From the IMG/VR virus record IMGVR_UViG_3300020394_000267, positions 27,070 to 91,069 of that record: a DNA stretch of 64,000 nt; one strand, written 5' to 3'. Below are positions 9,403 through 20,244 of this stretch, piece after piece (position 1 is the first letter of the stretch; each line of letters begins with the position of its first letter). The DNA is from a virus. Made by a program: the position numbers and the translations under genes. The notes beneath the pieces are model-generated. The model was not told the DNA's origin, ran no database searches, and was given only the letters and a program-made list of their open reading frames with translations.

Positions 9403-10080
9403 ATGGAAACACAAGTGAGTTTAGTTGGGTTGACCCAACCTTCAGCAGCAACTGGTTGTCATAGCGCAAATGAATTAATTGCATATGCAGCTAGGGTGAG
9501 TAACCCAGAGAATCAGGCGAATAGTAAAACCGCACCAAAGTTATTAGCTTATCTTATTAAGCATGAACATTGGTCACCATTTGAAATTGTATCTGTGACG
9601 ATGGAAATTAAAACGACACGCGATATTGGTAGACAAATACTAAGACATCGTAGTTTTGCTTTTCAAGAGTTTAGTCAGAGATATGCTGTCTCAGAAGATT
9701 TTGAAAATCGAGAAGCTAGATTACAGGACGAATCTAATCGACAAAACTCTTTGGAGATGGGTGCTAGTATAGAAGCTGCACAAATGCGTGAACGGTGGAA
9801 CATGGAACAGAGAAAGGTAATCAATCAAGCAAAAAAGGCTTACGAGTGGGCCCTAGATAATGGTATTGCAAAAGAGCAAGCAAGAGCGGTGTTACCAGAA
9901 GGTAATACTATGACCACCATATACATGGCTGGTACACTGCGCTCTTGGATTCACTATTGTCAGTTGCGGATGGCAAATGGGACGCAAAAAGAACATAGTT
10001 TGATTGCGAAAATGTGTTGGGATATTATTGAAACACATTTCCCAGATGTAACAAAGGCGGTAAACAATGCAATGGACTGA
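9403..10080 (+). CDS. thyX: FAD-dependent thymidylate synthase
   Basis: HWSPFE and RHRSFAFQEFSQRY ThyX motifs. Confidence 0.95.
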   Translation: METQVSLVGLTQPSAATGCHSANELIAYAARVSNPENQANSKTAPKLLAYLIKHEHWSPFEIVSVTMEIKTTRDIGRQILRHRSFAFQEFSQRYAVSEDFENREARLQDESNRQNSLEMGASIEAAQMRERWNMEQRKVINQAKKAYEWALDNGIAKEQARAVLPEGNTMTTIYMAGTLRSWIHYCQLRMANGTQKEHSLIAKMCWDIIETHFPDVTKAVNNAMD

Positions 10081-10903
10081 TAAGGTAACTTCAGAAGACC
10101 TTGCAATTACACTGGCAAAGGCAGAAGACGAGAGTTCCGAGATAGAAAAGGTAAGGGAGAGAATTCCCTATGCCTTTCCTTGGAATAGGAGACTTGATGA
10201 ACCATGTCGCGTGGAATGGAGTTCCACTGATAGTAAAGAGGCATTTGAATCAAACTCTATCAATCAAAAAGAACAGATTGAAAAGTATGGTTGGGATGAA
10301 CATAAAGTTTACTATGATTTGAACTCACATGGATACAGGTGTGATGAATTCTATGAAGATAGAAATTCTTATGTTGGTATTGGTGAGTGTTTTACATATG
10401 GTACAGGATTACCAGCAGAGATGTCATGGACAAACTTGCTGGAGAAAGACATTGGTGAGAAGGTATGGAATCTAGGATTATGTACTACTGGACTAGATAC
10501 CGCATTTAGAACTCTTTTAACTTGGTTACCAGTAATCAAACCTAAAGCAGTTCTTATGTTAGAGAATAGTACACTTGCTAGGGAAACTTGGTACATTGAT
10601 GAGAACAATGAGGAATGGAATACTTGCATTGGATTCTGGTCTGATTTGGAGTGGCAACAAGAGGTATGTCTTAGTAAGACAGAAAGGTATTTAAACAGAA
10701 GAAAGAATTTAATGGCCATCAAAGAATTGTGTAGGATGGAAGGTGTTGAGTTTAAATTAATAACTGCAAAAGAAAGAAACGAAATAGGTTTTCGTGATTG
10801 GGAAGCAAATAAAGATACAAAATATGCATTAGCAAGGGACTTAATGCACCCAGGCTTGTATTTTCATCAATCGATGGTGCATCGATGGAAAGAGGAACTA
10901 TAA
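10067..10903 (+). CDS. SGNH-hydrolase-like protein
   Basis: GECFTYG block-I-like motif, WNLG, C-terminal DLMHPG. Confidence 0.5.
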   Translation: MQWTDKVTSEDLAITLAKAEDESSEIEKVRERIPYAFPWNRRLDEPCRVEWSSTDSKEAFESNSINQKEQIEKYGWDEHKVYYDLNSHGYRCDEFYEDRNSYVGIGECFTYGTGLPAEMSWTNLLEKDIGEKVWNLGLCTTGLDTAFRTLLTWLPVIKPKAVLMLENSTLARETWYIDENNEEWNTCIGFWSDLEWQQEVCLSKTERYLNRRKNLMAIKELCRMEGVEFKLITAKERNEIGFRDWEANKDTKYALARDLMHPGLYFHQSMVHRWKEEL

Positions 10904-12702
10904 TGGCGACAGAGGATTATTTAGGAATTAAGATAGACAGGGACAGAGACCAACTATTTGATAAGTTGGGAATACAACGCCTGCAAGAAAGTTACATGAA
11001 AGAGGACGAAGAAAGTCCACAGGAGAGGTTTGCTTTTGTAAGTAAACAGTTTGCATCTAGCGATGAACATGCTCAACGGTTGTATGATTACGCTAGTAAA
11101 CACTGGTTGTCTTACTCTACACCTATTCTATCATTTGGTAGGTCTAAAAAGGGTCTGCCTATTTCATGTTTTTTAAATTACATAAACGATACAGCGGAGG
11201 GATTAGTTGAAAATTTATCGGAAACAAATTGGCTTAGTATGCTTGGGGGCGGTGTTGGTATTGGGTTTGGTATCCGAGCTAGCGATGATAAGTCTACTGG
11301 CGTCTTGCCACATCTCAAAACCTACGACTCAAGTAGTCTGGCATATAGACAGGGGCGTACCCGCCGAGGGTCATATGCTGCCTACCTCGACATTAGTCAC
11401 CCCGATATTACAATGTTTCTCGAAATGCGTAAACCAACAGGAGACCAAAACCTCAGATGTCTAAACTTACATCACGGTATTAATATCAGTGATAGGTTTA
11501 TGGAGATGATTGAAAGGTGCATGTCAGACCCAGATGCTGATGACAGGTGGAATCTAACAGACCCACATACAGGAGAAGTACGCGAGACTGTATCTGCTAA
11601 ACATCTATGGCAGAAGATACTTGAAATGCGTATGGAGACAGGGGAACCATATTTACATTTTGTTGACACTAGTAACAGAGAAATGCCAGAGTGGTTAAAA
11701 GATAAAGGATTAAAAATTAGTCAGTCTAATCTTTGTTCTGAAATTATCCTACCGACAAATGAAAAGAGGACTGCTGTATGTTGTCTTTCGTCTGTTAACC
11801 TAGAACACTATGATGCATGGTCAAAGAGTACCACATTCTTAAAAGATGTGGCAGAGATGTTAGACAATGTGTTACAGTATTTTATTGATAACGCACCAGA
11901 GACAGTATCGCGGGCAGTTTACTCAGCGAAACAGGAAAGAAGTATTGGTGTTGGTGCATTGGGATTCCATGCATATTTACAAAAGAACAACATACCATTT
12001 GAAGGATTCATGGCAAAATCCACTAATATAAGAATGTTCAAATTGATAAGGGGGAAATTAGATGAAGCAAACTTGGAACTTGGTAGGGAGAGAGGCGAAG
12101 CTATTGATGCGAGAGGCACAGGAAGAAGATTTAGTCATGTTATGGCTGTTGCTCCTAATGCTTCCAGTAGTATTATTATGGGAAACACTTCGCCGAGTAT
12201 TGAACCGTATCGCGCTAACGCTTACAGGCAAGACACATTATCTGGGGCTTATCTCAATAAGAATAAGCATCTGGATGTTGTCATTAAAGATAAATGCGAG
12301 AAGAATAAAAGGTTGGATTATGACAAAATTTGGTCATCGATAATTGCCAACGATGGGTCAGTACAACATGTATCATGTCTGGATGAGAAAGAGAAAGAAA
12401 TTTATAAGACTGCTATGGAGATTGACCAGAGATGGGTAGTCGAACATGCATCCACCAGACAAGAATGGATAGACCAAGGACAATCTGTTAATCTATTTTT
12501 TAGACCAGATGTCAACATAAAGTATTTACATGCAATACACTATCTCGCGTGGAAACAAGGTATGAAAACTTTGTACTATTGTAGGTCAGAGAAGTTAGGA
12601 AAGGCAGACAAGGTATCCAAACGCATTGAAAGAGAAGCGATAAAAGAAATTGATTTTCAGAGTATGATTGATGGTGAAAACTGTGTTGCATGTGAAGGAT
12701 AA
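10903..12702 (+). CDS. nrdA: Ribonucleotide reductase class I, alpha subunit
   Basis: PISCF, SNLCSEI, AVAPNASSS, KTLYYCR, C-terminal CVACEG. Confidence 0.97.
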   Translation: MATEDYLGIKIDRDRDQLFDKLGIQRLQESYMKEDEESPQERFAFVSKQFASSDEHAQRLYDYASKHWLSYSTPILSFGRSKKGLPISCFLNYINDTAEGLVENLSETNWLSMLGGGVGIGFGIRASDDKSTGVLPHLKTYDSSSLAYRQGRTRRGSYAAYLDISHPDITMFLEMRKPTGDQNLRCLNLHHGINISDRFMEMIERCMSDPDADDRWNLTDPHTGEVRETVSAKHLWQKILEMRMETGEPYLHFVDTSNREMPEWLKDKGLKISQSNLCSEIILPTNEKRTAVCCLSSVNLEHYDAWSKSTTFLKDVAEMLDNVLQYFIDNAPETVSRAVYSAKQERSIGVGALGFHAYLQKNNIPFEGFMAKSTNIRMFKLIRGKLDEANLELGRERGEAIDARGTGRRFSHVMAVAPNASSSIIMGNTSPSIEPYRANAYRQDTLSGAYLNKNKHLDVVIKDKCEKNKRLDYDKIWSSIIANDGSVQHVSCLDEKEKEIYKTAMEIDQRWVVEHASTRQEWIDQGQSVNLFFRPDVNIKYLHAIHYLAWKQGMKTLYYCRSEKLGKADKVSKRIEREAIKEIDFQSMIDGENCVACEG

Positions 12703-13312
12703 TGTAGAAAAAGAAATACCACTAAATAAAAAGATTGCGGTTTTAGTTAGTGGTGGATGGGATAGTGCCGTTCTATGGTATCTAGTGAAATCCGTATGTA
12801 TTGAACGCAATCAAGAATGTGAACCTTTTACTGTTCCAAAACTAGATGGTGCTGAGTATTACGCTAATCTAGTCTTAGAATGGTCTTCTGAGCGTCTAGG
12901 ACACGCTCTAATGAAAACAACCATCGTAGGTGATATATCATCCGATAATCCCTCTGATTATGTTTTAAGTGGTGGTTATGAGATATGGAATGAGGGATTG
13001 GCGGAACACTTGTTTAGTGCGGTAAACATGTATCCACCGAATCAAAGGTCTCTCATGCCTGAAGGGTATCCTCTACCCAATGATAGATTTGTCAAGACAG
13101 AGGAACATACTCATTTAAGTCAGCCATTCGCTGACTTGACAAAAGACAAGATTATACAATTAGGATTTGATTTAGGTATAGCGAATGAGATTGCGCCCAT
13201 TACGCATAGTTGTACCGAATTGGACAGGGGCAGATGTAATAACTGCTGGTGGTGTAAAGAAAGAGAATGGGCATTTAAAGAAATAGGACAGGTAGATATT
13301 GGAGAGAACTAA
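12668..13312 (+). CDS. QueC-like PP-loop ATPase (7-cyano-7-deazaguanine synthase family); start possibly GTG 12692
   Basis: SGGWDS PP-loop; C-terminal THSC....RCNNCWWCKER Zn site. Confidence 0.7.
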   Translation: MMVKTVLHVKDNVEKEIPLNKKIAVLVSGGWDSAVLWYLVKSVCIERNQECEPFTVPKLDGAEYYANLVLEWSSERLGHALMKTTIVGDISSDNPSDYVLSGGYEIWNEGLAEHLFSAVNMYPPNQRSLMPEGYPLPNDRFVKTEEHTHLSQPFADLTKDKIIQLGFDLGIANEIAPITHSCTELDRGRCNNCWWCKEREWAFKEIGQVDIGEN

Positions 13313-14301
13313 TGACCCCTAAACAAGATTTAACAAGTAAAAGAGAATATTTTAAACCATTTAACTATCCTTGGGCATACGAGGCGTGGTTGAAACACGA
13401 GCAATCTCATTGGTTGCATACTGAAGTACCGATGGCAGAAGATGTAAAAGATTGGAAGGAACGATTATCACAAGAAGAGAAAGCATTTCTTACTAATATA
13501 TTTCGATTCTTCACACAGGGTGACATAGATGTGGCAGATGGATATGTGACTAACTATCTGCCATATTTTCCGCAACCAGAAATACGAATGATGTTATCTG
13601 GTTTCGCTGCTAGAGAGGCACTTCATGTTGCCGCCTACTCACATCTTATTGAAACACTTGGGATGCCCGAGAGTACATACAGTGAGTTCTTGGAGTATCA
13701 GGCGATGGCAGACAAACACGAATACTTTATGGACTTATCAAAAGCAAATGGAACCGCAGAGAGTGTTGCCACTAACATCGCCGCTTTTAGTGCATTTACT
13801 GAGGGTATGCAGTTGTTTAGTTCTTTCATTATGTTGTTGAACTTTCCGCGTCATGGTAAGATGAAGGGGATGGGTCAGATTATTACATGGTCTATTGTAG
13901 ATGAGACTATGCACGCTGAGTCTATGATTAAGTTGTTTAGGACATACATAGAAGAAAACAGAACACTATGGAAAGATTCTCTCAAGAGAGAAATATACAC
14001 TATCGCTGAGAATATGGTAGAATTGGAAGAGAAATTTATTGACCTTGCATTTGCTATGGGCCCAATGGAAAATCTAAAACCAGAGGATGTTAAAACATAC
14101 ATTCGATACATTGCTGACAGGAGATTGATTAGTTTAGGTATGAAGGGTATATTCAAGGTAAAAAGAAATCCACTATTATGGGTAGAGGAAATGATTAACG
14201 CACCTACCCATACTAACTTTTTTGAAAATAGAGCAACAGACTATGCGAGGGGGGCGCTCCAAGGTAAATGGGATGATGTTTGGGGAACAGCTGTAGCATA
14301 A
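13312..14301 (+). CDS. nrdB: Ribonucleotide reductase class I, beta subunit
   Basis: FFTQGD, EALHVAAYS, EGMQLFSSF, DETMH, NFFENR motifs. Confidence 0.97.
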   Translation: MTPKQDLTSKREYFKPFNYPWAYEAWLKHEQSHWLHTEVPMAEDVKDWKERLSQEEKAFLTNIFRFFTQGDIDVADGYVTNYLPYFPQPEIRMMLSGFAAREALHVAAYSHLIETLGMPESTYSEFLEYQAMADKHEYFMDLSKANGTAESVATNIAAFSAFTEGMQLFSSFIMLLNFPRHGKMKGMGQIITWSIVDETMHAESMIKLFRTYIEENRTLWKDSLKREIYTIAENMVELEEKFIDLAFAMGPMENLKPEDVKTYIRYIADRRLISLGMKGIFKVKRNPLLWVEEMINAPTHTNFFENRATDYARGALQGKWDDVWGTAVA

Positions 14302-14483
14302 TGTCAGAACCTTCAAAGATAATAGAATGTGTCAAATGTGATGCAGTTTACAGAATAAAACATGATATGTCAGAGTCCCACTATCGCGTAGCATATTGTA
14401 CATTTTGTGGTGCAAGTTTAGAACTCGAAGAAGAATTAGAACAAGAGGATTGGGATAAAGAAGAAGTAATTGAGGATTGGTAA
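14301..14483 (+). CDS. Small zinc-ribbon protein
   Basis: CVKC...CTFCG with acidic tail. Confidence 0.7.
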   Translation: MSEPSKIIECVKCDAVYRIKHDMSESHYRVAYCTFCGASLELEEELEQEDWDKEEVIEDW

Positions 14484-14917
14484 TGGATAAGTTTGATAAA
14501 GCGCATATGCAAACAGCAAATGTATATGCTAGATTGTCACCAGCAAAACGATTAAAAGTTGGTGCAATTTTGGTGAAGGAAGGTAGAATAATCTCTATAG
14601 GATACAATGGTACGCCTTCTGGGTGGGATAATACTTGTGAATATCCAAGTAAACGAGGTGCATTGACAGGTAATGTCATAGAACTAAAAACTAAACCAGA
14701 GGTATTACACGCAGAGACAAACGCAATTGCTAAAGTGGCAAAGTCTTCAGAAAGTTCTGAGGGTGCTACATTGTATACCACACACGCGCCATGTTTAGAA
14801 TGTTCTAAGTTGATATACCAATCTGGTATCGTATCAGTTTTTTATGAGAACGAGTACAGAACCCAAGATGGGGTAAAATTCTTACAGAAATCTGGAGTTA
14901 GTATTAGGAAGATGTAG
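14483..14917 (+). CDS. cd: dCMP deaminase
   Basis: SIGYNGTPSG, HAETNAI, PCLECSK. Confidence 0.93.
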   Translation: MDKFDKAHMQTANVYARLSPAKRLKVGAILVKEGRIISIGYNGTPSGWDNTCEYPSKRGALTGNVIELKTKPEVLHAETNAIAKVAKSSESSEGATLYTTHAPCLECSKLIYQSGIVSVFYENEYRTQDGVKFLQKSGVSIRKM

Positions 14918-16033
14918 ATGTGGAACTATGATGATGTTAACTCTATAACCATAGAACTATCTAGTCTATGTAATGCCGCTTGTCCGTGGTGTCCTAGATA
15001 TGAAGATTTTTCTGAGGTAGTTAACAGACAACTAGAACCACAGTATATAACGATTGACCAGTTCAAAGAATGGTTTCCGCCAGACTTTATGTCGAGAATA
15101 AAATTATGGGCATTTACAGGTGATTACGGTGACGCTGGTACTAATCCAGATTTACCAGACATCATAAGGCACATATACAAACATAACCCAGATGCTCAAC
15201 TATCGATGAACACTAACGGTGGTATGAGAACACCAGATTTTTGGGGGTTACTTGGTCAGTTATTTTCTAGGAAGGAACATAACAACATGATATTCTCAAT
15301 AGATGGACTTGAGGATACTAACCACATATACAGGAGAAATGTTAGGTGGAATAAAGTCATGAAAAATGTTCTTGCTTTTCTGGATGCTGGTGGTAAGGCG
15401 ACATGGGAGTGTTTGGTATTCAGACACAACAAACACCAGATAGACGCGATACAAGATTTGGCAAATTACATGGGATTCTCAGAGGTGCATTTTAAAATGC
15501 CAAAGGGATTTGAAAAAGACAATATGAAAGTCAAGGACAAGAAAGGCAATCACACATATACAATATATCCCACCAGCAAAGACCAGATATCAACAGGATA
15601 TCCAGATTTACATGGTAAGAAGGCAGAAGACCTAGACTATGAAGAAATTAGAGATGACATGGAGTCATATTATTCTAATGAACAGGGAGAGATAAAATGT
15701 TTTTCCCAAAGAGATGACTTGACAGAGTTGAAGATTACATCGTGGGGTACAGTGTATCCATGTTGCCATTTTGGGCATATCGCTAAACATCCGCGAGAGA
15801 ATCAACAGTATTACAAAGCTCAACTCATAGATATATTTAAGGATAAAGATATATCTCTCAAGTCAAGAACATTAAAAGAGATATTGGATGATGACCCATT
15901 CAATTGGATTTATAACAGTTGGAAAGAAAAATCATGTCTGGCATGTTGGTCAAATTGTGGAGTGTCAGACAATAAACAACCAGTGATGCAACAGATATTT
16001 AATAAGGAGGGTAAGTTATATGGCACAACATAA
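14918..16033 (+). CDS. Radical SAM protein with C-terminal SPASM/twitch-like Cys
   Basis: CNAACPWC, TNGG, FSIDG, VYPCC, CLACWSNC. Confidence 0.88.
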   Translation: MWNYDDVNSITIELSSLCNAACPWCPRYEDFSEVVNRQLEPQYITIDQFKEWFPPDFMSRIKLWAFTGDYGDAGTNPDLPDIIRHIYKHNPDAQLSMNTNGGMRTPDFWGLLGQLFSRKEHNNMIFSIDGLEDTNHIYRRNVRWNKVMKNVLAFLDAGGKATWECLVFRHNKHQIDAIQDLANYMGFSEVHFKMPKGFEKDNMKVKDKKGNHTYTIYPTSKDQISTGYPDLHGKKAEDLDYEEIRDDMESYYSNEQGEIKCFSQRDDLTELKITSWGTVYPCCHFGHIAKHPRENQQYYKAQLIDIFKDKDISLKSRTLKEILDDDPFNWIYNSWKEKSCLACWSNCGVSDNKQPVMQQIFNKEGKLYGTT

Positions 16034-16640
16034 TAACATACGCGGATGGATGATGGACGGTGACTATAATGCCATAGAGAAGGTTTGTTCAAAGTTTCTT
16101 GATAAGGATTATGTCGATGTATTTGAAATAGGAACTCTATATGGCAAAAGTGCCATTGCTTTTGATGACGCATTGAAAAGTGTACCCCATCATATCACCA
16201 CAATGGATGTGTGTGAGGGTTGGATAGGGCCTTCAGATGAAATAATAGAGATGTTGGGACTAGATGACAATTTCAAGGCAATGCGTGATGCAAATAGAAG
16301 TACAGCAGAAGAACAGTTCGATGAAATACATAGAAATATTCTGGATAGGGATATAACCTTTATTGATGATAAATGGGAAGCGGGTTATGAATATCCAGTA
16401 GTTTGCCCAGACATTGTGTTCTATGATGGTTCACATAGTTACGAGGAAACTAGAGATGTTCTTCAACATTTCTGTATAACTATGGAGAATGGGGGAACAG
16501 TTGTGATTGATGACTACAACCATACACAATGGGAAGGACTCAAAAAAGCAGTAGATGAGTTCATAGAAAAAACAGGGTTCGATATAACTTCATACCCAGA
16601 CTCAAAAATGATTTCAATAAATTTTAAGGGTAAACAATGA
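16020..16640 (+). CDS. Class I SAM-dependent methyltransferase (Methyltransf_24-like)
   Basis: EIGTLYGKSA, FYDGSHSYE, VVIDDY. Confidence 0.85.
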   Translation: MAQHNNIRGWMMDGDYNAIEKVCSKFLDKDYVDVFEIGTLYGKSAIAFDDALKSVPHHITTMDVCEGWIGPSDEIIEMLGLDDNFKAMRDANRSTAEEQFDEIHRNILDRDITFIDDKWEAGYEYPVVCPDIVFYDGSHSYEETRDVLQHFCITMENGGTVVIDDYNHTQWEGLKKAVDEFIEKTGFDITSYPDSKMISINFKGKQ

Positions 16641-17356
16641 TAGTTGATTTTTATGGATACGAATTAGAGTGTGATGAGACAGTATTCAGACCGACTACTG
16701 TTAGTGAACTAACCGCACCGCGAGTACCAGTGGAAGGTAAAAAGGTTTTAGACCTTGGATGTGGTGTCGGCCCACTATCAGTATACTTTGCTAAACATGG
16801 TGCAAAGTCTGTAACTGCCACCGATGTGTACGATAAACACATAGAATACACAAAGAAAAATGCAGAAAGAAATAATGTAGACATAGAGGTATTTGAGAGT
16901 GATATCTTTGAGAATGTCACAGATAAATATGATGTGATTTGTTGTGATGTGTCTGGTGTAGACAGAAGAATTGCAGAGTTGACAGGTTGGTTCCCAGAAG
17001 GAGTGCCCACGGCAGATACTACAGGCGCAGACTTAATATGCAAGGCAATGAAATCAGCACCAGAGTATTTGAATGAGGGTGGGGAGTTGTACATATGCAC
17101 AACATCATGGTCAGATTTACAGAAGATACAATTGATGATGATTTTTACCACACTTATGACTCAAGGTGAAGTCATACATTCACAGGACATTCCTTTTTCG
17201 CGTAGGTTGTTATCTAATCTGGATAACCTAGACTCGAAAAGAGGAGCAGTACCCACAACAGAAAGTTATTTTTATACAAAGCAGGGGGATAGTTACACCA
17301 AGGATGGTGACAATTACACATGGAGATTCAACCTATGGCGTATGGCTATGATGTAA
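16637..17356 (+). CDS. Class I SAM-dependent methyltransferase (HemK/PrmC-like fold)
   Basis: VFRP, VLDLGCGVG, YLNEGGELY. Confidence 0.85.
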   Translation: MIVDFYGYELECDETVFRPTTVSELTAPRVPVEGKKVLDLGCGVGPLSVYFAKHGAKSVTATDVYDKHIEYTKKNAERNNVDIEVFESDIFENVTDKYDVICCDVSGVDRRIAELTGWFPEGVPTADTTGADLICKAMKSAPEYLNEGGELYICTTSWSDLQKIQLMMIFTTLMTQGEVIHSQDIPFSRRLLSNLDNLDSKRGAVPTTESYFYTKQGDSYTKDGDNYTWRFNLWRMAMM

Positions 17357-17655
17357 TGCAGAAGAGAATAGTTACAGCGTGGTTGATATTTTTGGGGATA
17401 GTCATGTTGCCTATTTTACCACTTATACCATACTCTAATTGCTGGTATTACTCATTCAAGCGATATATACTAGAAGGATTTAAAGGCAAAATTATTCCAG
17501 TTGCCAGTAGGAGGTGGAGAGGATACCATTGTGTTTATCAAGACGCGGAAGGACAGTTGTGGGAATATACAATGAAGAAAATGCCAAGACAAATGCCTTG
17601 GTGGAGAATGTTTATTTACAATGGAGTAGAAAGGAGATATCGTGGGAAGATATGA
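17356..17655 (+). CDS. Hypothetical membrane protein
   Basis: N-terminal TM helix; TAATG coupling. Confidence 0.55.
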   Translation: MQKRIVTAWLIFLGIVMLPILPLIPYSNCWYYSFKRYILEGFKGKIIPVASRRWRGYHCVYQDAEGQLWEYTMKKMPRQMPWWRMFIYNGVERRYRGKI

Positions 17656-18236
17656 ACTATTTAGATTGGTTAGAAAAGAAAGTTTTTGATGGTAGGGTAG
17701 AAAATCAATCTGTATTAGAACTTGGTGCTTTGAATGATAGGATAACTAATGTCATTCGTAGATGTAATCCAAAGTCAATATACACAGTAGACCCAGACCC
17801 TACTGGTAAACCAGATTTTATAGGGACTGCTAATGATTTTTATTCTGGTGCAACAGAACCATATGATGTTGTAGTGTGCATGGGATTATTATATCATTTG
17901 CATAGTCCTTGGCATTTAGTAGAATTAATTATTAATCATTCTCGACCAAAGATATTAATACTGGAAACTGCTAACGCTATCAATCATGTGAAGGGGTGGT
18001 CAATTAACCCAGAAGAGCATAATGCATTAGCTAATGCTTACGCGGATAGAGAAATAAAACACCCTATGCAGATAAACAGTAGTGTTACTAGAGATAATTG
18101 GATTGAGGGTATAGAAACAACACCGATGAAATTACAACAACATTGGATTTATCATCTGATTCCTTTTGAACAAGATGATTTTTTCGTAAAGGCAAAACAA
18201 AACATGTGGATGGGGGTATTTCAATGGGAAGGATAG
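17652..18236 (+). CDS. Class I SAM-dependent methyltransferase
   Basis: SVLELGA, YDVVVCMGLLYHLHSP, LILET. Confidence 0.8.
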   Translation: MNYLDWLEKKVFDGRVENQSVLELGALNDRITNVIRRCNPKSIYTVDPDPTGKPDFIGTANDFYSGATEPYDVVVCMGLLYHLHSPWHLVELIINHSRPKILILETANAINHVKGWSINPEEHNALANAYADREIKHPMQINSSVTRDNWIEGIETTPMKLQQHWIYHLIPFEQDDFFVKAKQNMWMGVFQWEG

Positions 18237-18406
18237 GTGCATGGTTATATGAGAAGATGGAACCTTACAGAGAATGGCAAGATACTTTGCCTTTCTGGAA
18301 ACGATTGCTGGTAGAAATTATCGGAATCATAATAATAACATCACCATTCATATTTTTGATATGGTGGATAACAGGAGAGGTATGGATATTCCTACCTAGT
18401 GCATAA
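18206..18406 (+). CDS. Small membrane protein
   Basis: Hydrophobic segment; packed ORF. Confidence 0.5.
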   Translation: MDGGISMGRIGAWLYEKMEPYREWQDTLPFWKRLLVEIIGIIIITSPFIFLIWWITGEVWIFLPSA

Positions 18407-18611
18407 AATGGCAAAGAAAACTAAAGTAACAAATTACAACGCGAAGAAACCCAAACTCAAAACTGTGCCCAAGGAAGAGGCATGGGAGAGATTATGGGGT
18501 GGTGAAAAGACCATAAATAGTAATTCCAAAATTGAGGAATTACCAGATGGTTATGAATGGAACGAAAAGAAAACGAAAATCATCCCGAAAGAAAGTACCG
18601 AAGACTCATAG
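18399..18611 (+). CDS. Hypothetical protein
   Basis: 70-aa packed ORF. Confidence 0.5.
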   Translation: MHKMAKKTKVTNYNAKKPKLKTVPKEEAWERLWGGEKTINSNSKIEELPDGYEWNEKKTKIIPKESTEDS

Positions 18612-18912
18612 AGTTTATTGTACATACTTTCCAGATGGGAGATATTACATAGGTTACTCATGCAAGCCTGAGAAGTTGTATGAAAAATATTATGGTAGTT
18701 CTAAGATAGTCAAAGAGTACGAAGGTGAACTGAGGAAAGAGACTATTGCGGAATTTGACCAAAGGGCTCCTGCCAAGATACAGGAATTTCTGTTACAATG
18801 GCAACAACGCAAAGACCCAAATTGTTTAAATGACATGATACATATAAGATTAAGAATGAGTTATTTGTCAGAGTTTGAGCCCGTAGAATGGAGGCCCACA
18901 TGGGACACTTAA
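18547..18912 (+). CDS. Small GIY-YIG-like nuclease-fold protein
   Basis: VYCTY..GRYYIG...YYGSS. Confidence 0.6.
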   Translation: MVMNGTKRKRKSSRKKVPKTHRVYCTYFPDGRYYIGYSCKPEKLYEKYYGSSKIVKEYEGELRKETIAEFDQRAPAKIQEFLLQWQQRKDPNCLNDMIHIRLRMSYLSEFEPVEWRPTWDT

Positions 18913-20243
18913 TAGGATTATTATTTTCAGCACTCGCAGTATCGGCAGTCGCCGCTTACTTCTCGATTGTTGGATTGATGGCAATTTTTAGTGGACTACC
19001 GCAGTCCATACTTGCCATGGGTGTGGTGTTGGAGATTGCTAAACTAGTAACTGCCTCTTGGGTGTATCAGTATTGGAAGAAAACCTCGTTGCTGATGCGA
19101 AGTTACATGGTGTCTGCCGTGATTATATTATCAGTCATTACATCCATAGGTATATTTGGATTCCTATCTAAGGCACACCTAGACCAATCCGCATCTACAG
19201 GTGACGCGGTAGCACAGGTGGAAAGAATACAAGACCTTATACAACGAGAGAACCTAAGAATCACCACAGCAGAAGACCAGATAACCAGAATAGAATCTGG
19301 TGGTAGTCTGGATGTGTCAGAGAGTATCAAACAACAGGAAGAGATACGAGATACAGCATGGGACAGAATACAAGATGATGTACAATATGCAGAAAACCAG
19401 ATTGAAAAGATACGAGAAGGATTAGAGTCAGATTTAAGTAAGAAACAGTCAGAGTTAGATGCCCTTGACGATATAGTAAAGTCATACACAGACCAAGGAA
19501 CCACAGGTGGTGTATTCAGTAGAGAAGATAATGTAGCGAAGGGTATAGAGATAAGAGAGTCACAGAAAACAGAGAGAGACAGGATTGCTCTGGAGATGGG
19601 TGAACTGAGAGGATACGCGGAGACCCAGATTGCTGGGTATCGTAACCAAATAGGTGAGTACAGGGCTTCTGTACAGGATACCATTGATGGTGCTAACAGA
19701 GAGATAAACAGATTACGAGAACAGGGTGCTGATGACCAAGCATCCAGAGATGAACAAATTGACACTATACAAGAAAGAATTGATAGTGCATATGCAAAGA
19801 TTGATGAGTACAATGTAGAATTGTTCGATAAACAATCTATTGTAAGGGACATAGAAAAAGAAGTTGGCCCGATTAAATATGTTGCCCAGTTGCTCTATGG
19901 TAACAGCGGTGCTGGTGCGGTAGATAATGCCGTCACACTTCTTATTTTATTACTGGTGTTTGTATTTGACCCATTGGCGATTGTGTTAGTACTTGCCGCC
20001 AACCTTAGTTGGAAGGAAAGGCAAGGAGAACTCATAACACCAATGACAGTTGATGAAACAGTAGTCGAAGAGCAAATTATACCAGATGAAGAACCAGCTG
20101 GAATGCCTACCGATGAATTACCAGAGATGGATGATTGGGTTAGGGATAAGTATGGTACTAGTTCTGGAATGGACAACCTTTCTGATAACGATAAAAAGAA
20201 GTTGGAATGGTTGATTGATAAGAAACGCAATAACACGGAGTAA
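18900..20243 (+). CDS. Membrane-anchored long coiled-coil protein
   Basis: Three N-terminal TM helices, ~230-aa coiled coil, EVGPIKYVA...VFDPLAIVL TM segment. Confidence 0.75.
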   Translation: MGHLIGLLFSALAVSAVAAYFSIVGLMAIFSGLPQSILAMGVVLEIAKLVTASWVYQYWKKTSLLMRSYMVSAVIILSVITSIGIFGFLSKAHLDQSASTGDAVAQVERIQDLIQRENLRITTAEDQITRIESGGSLDVSESIKQQEEIRDTAWDRIQDDVQYAENQIEKIREGLESDLSKKQSELDALDDIVKSYTDQGTTGGVFSREDNVAKGIEIRESQKTERDRIALEMGELRGYAETQIAGYRNQIGEYRASVQDTIDGANREINRLREQGADDQASRDEQIDTIQERIDSAYAKIDEYNVELFDKQSIVRDIEKEVGPIKYVAQLLYGNSGAGAVDNAVTLLILLLVFVFDPLAIVLVLAANLSWKERQGELITPMTVDETVVEEQIIPDEEPAGMPTDELPEMDDWVRDKYGTSSGMDNLSDNDKKKLEWLIDKKRNNTE

Positions 20244-20244
20244 A

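Noticed and set aside
10903-14301. Introns or inteins in nrdA, nrdB or thyX
   Set aside because: ORFs are continuous and of normal length; the gene between nrdA and nrdB is QueC-like, not a homing endonuclease
19103-19852. 249-aa minus-strand ORF (and similar antisense ORFs elsewhere)
   Set aside because: Shadow frames of well-supported genes, with Ser/Leu/Phe-rich mirror composition
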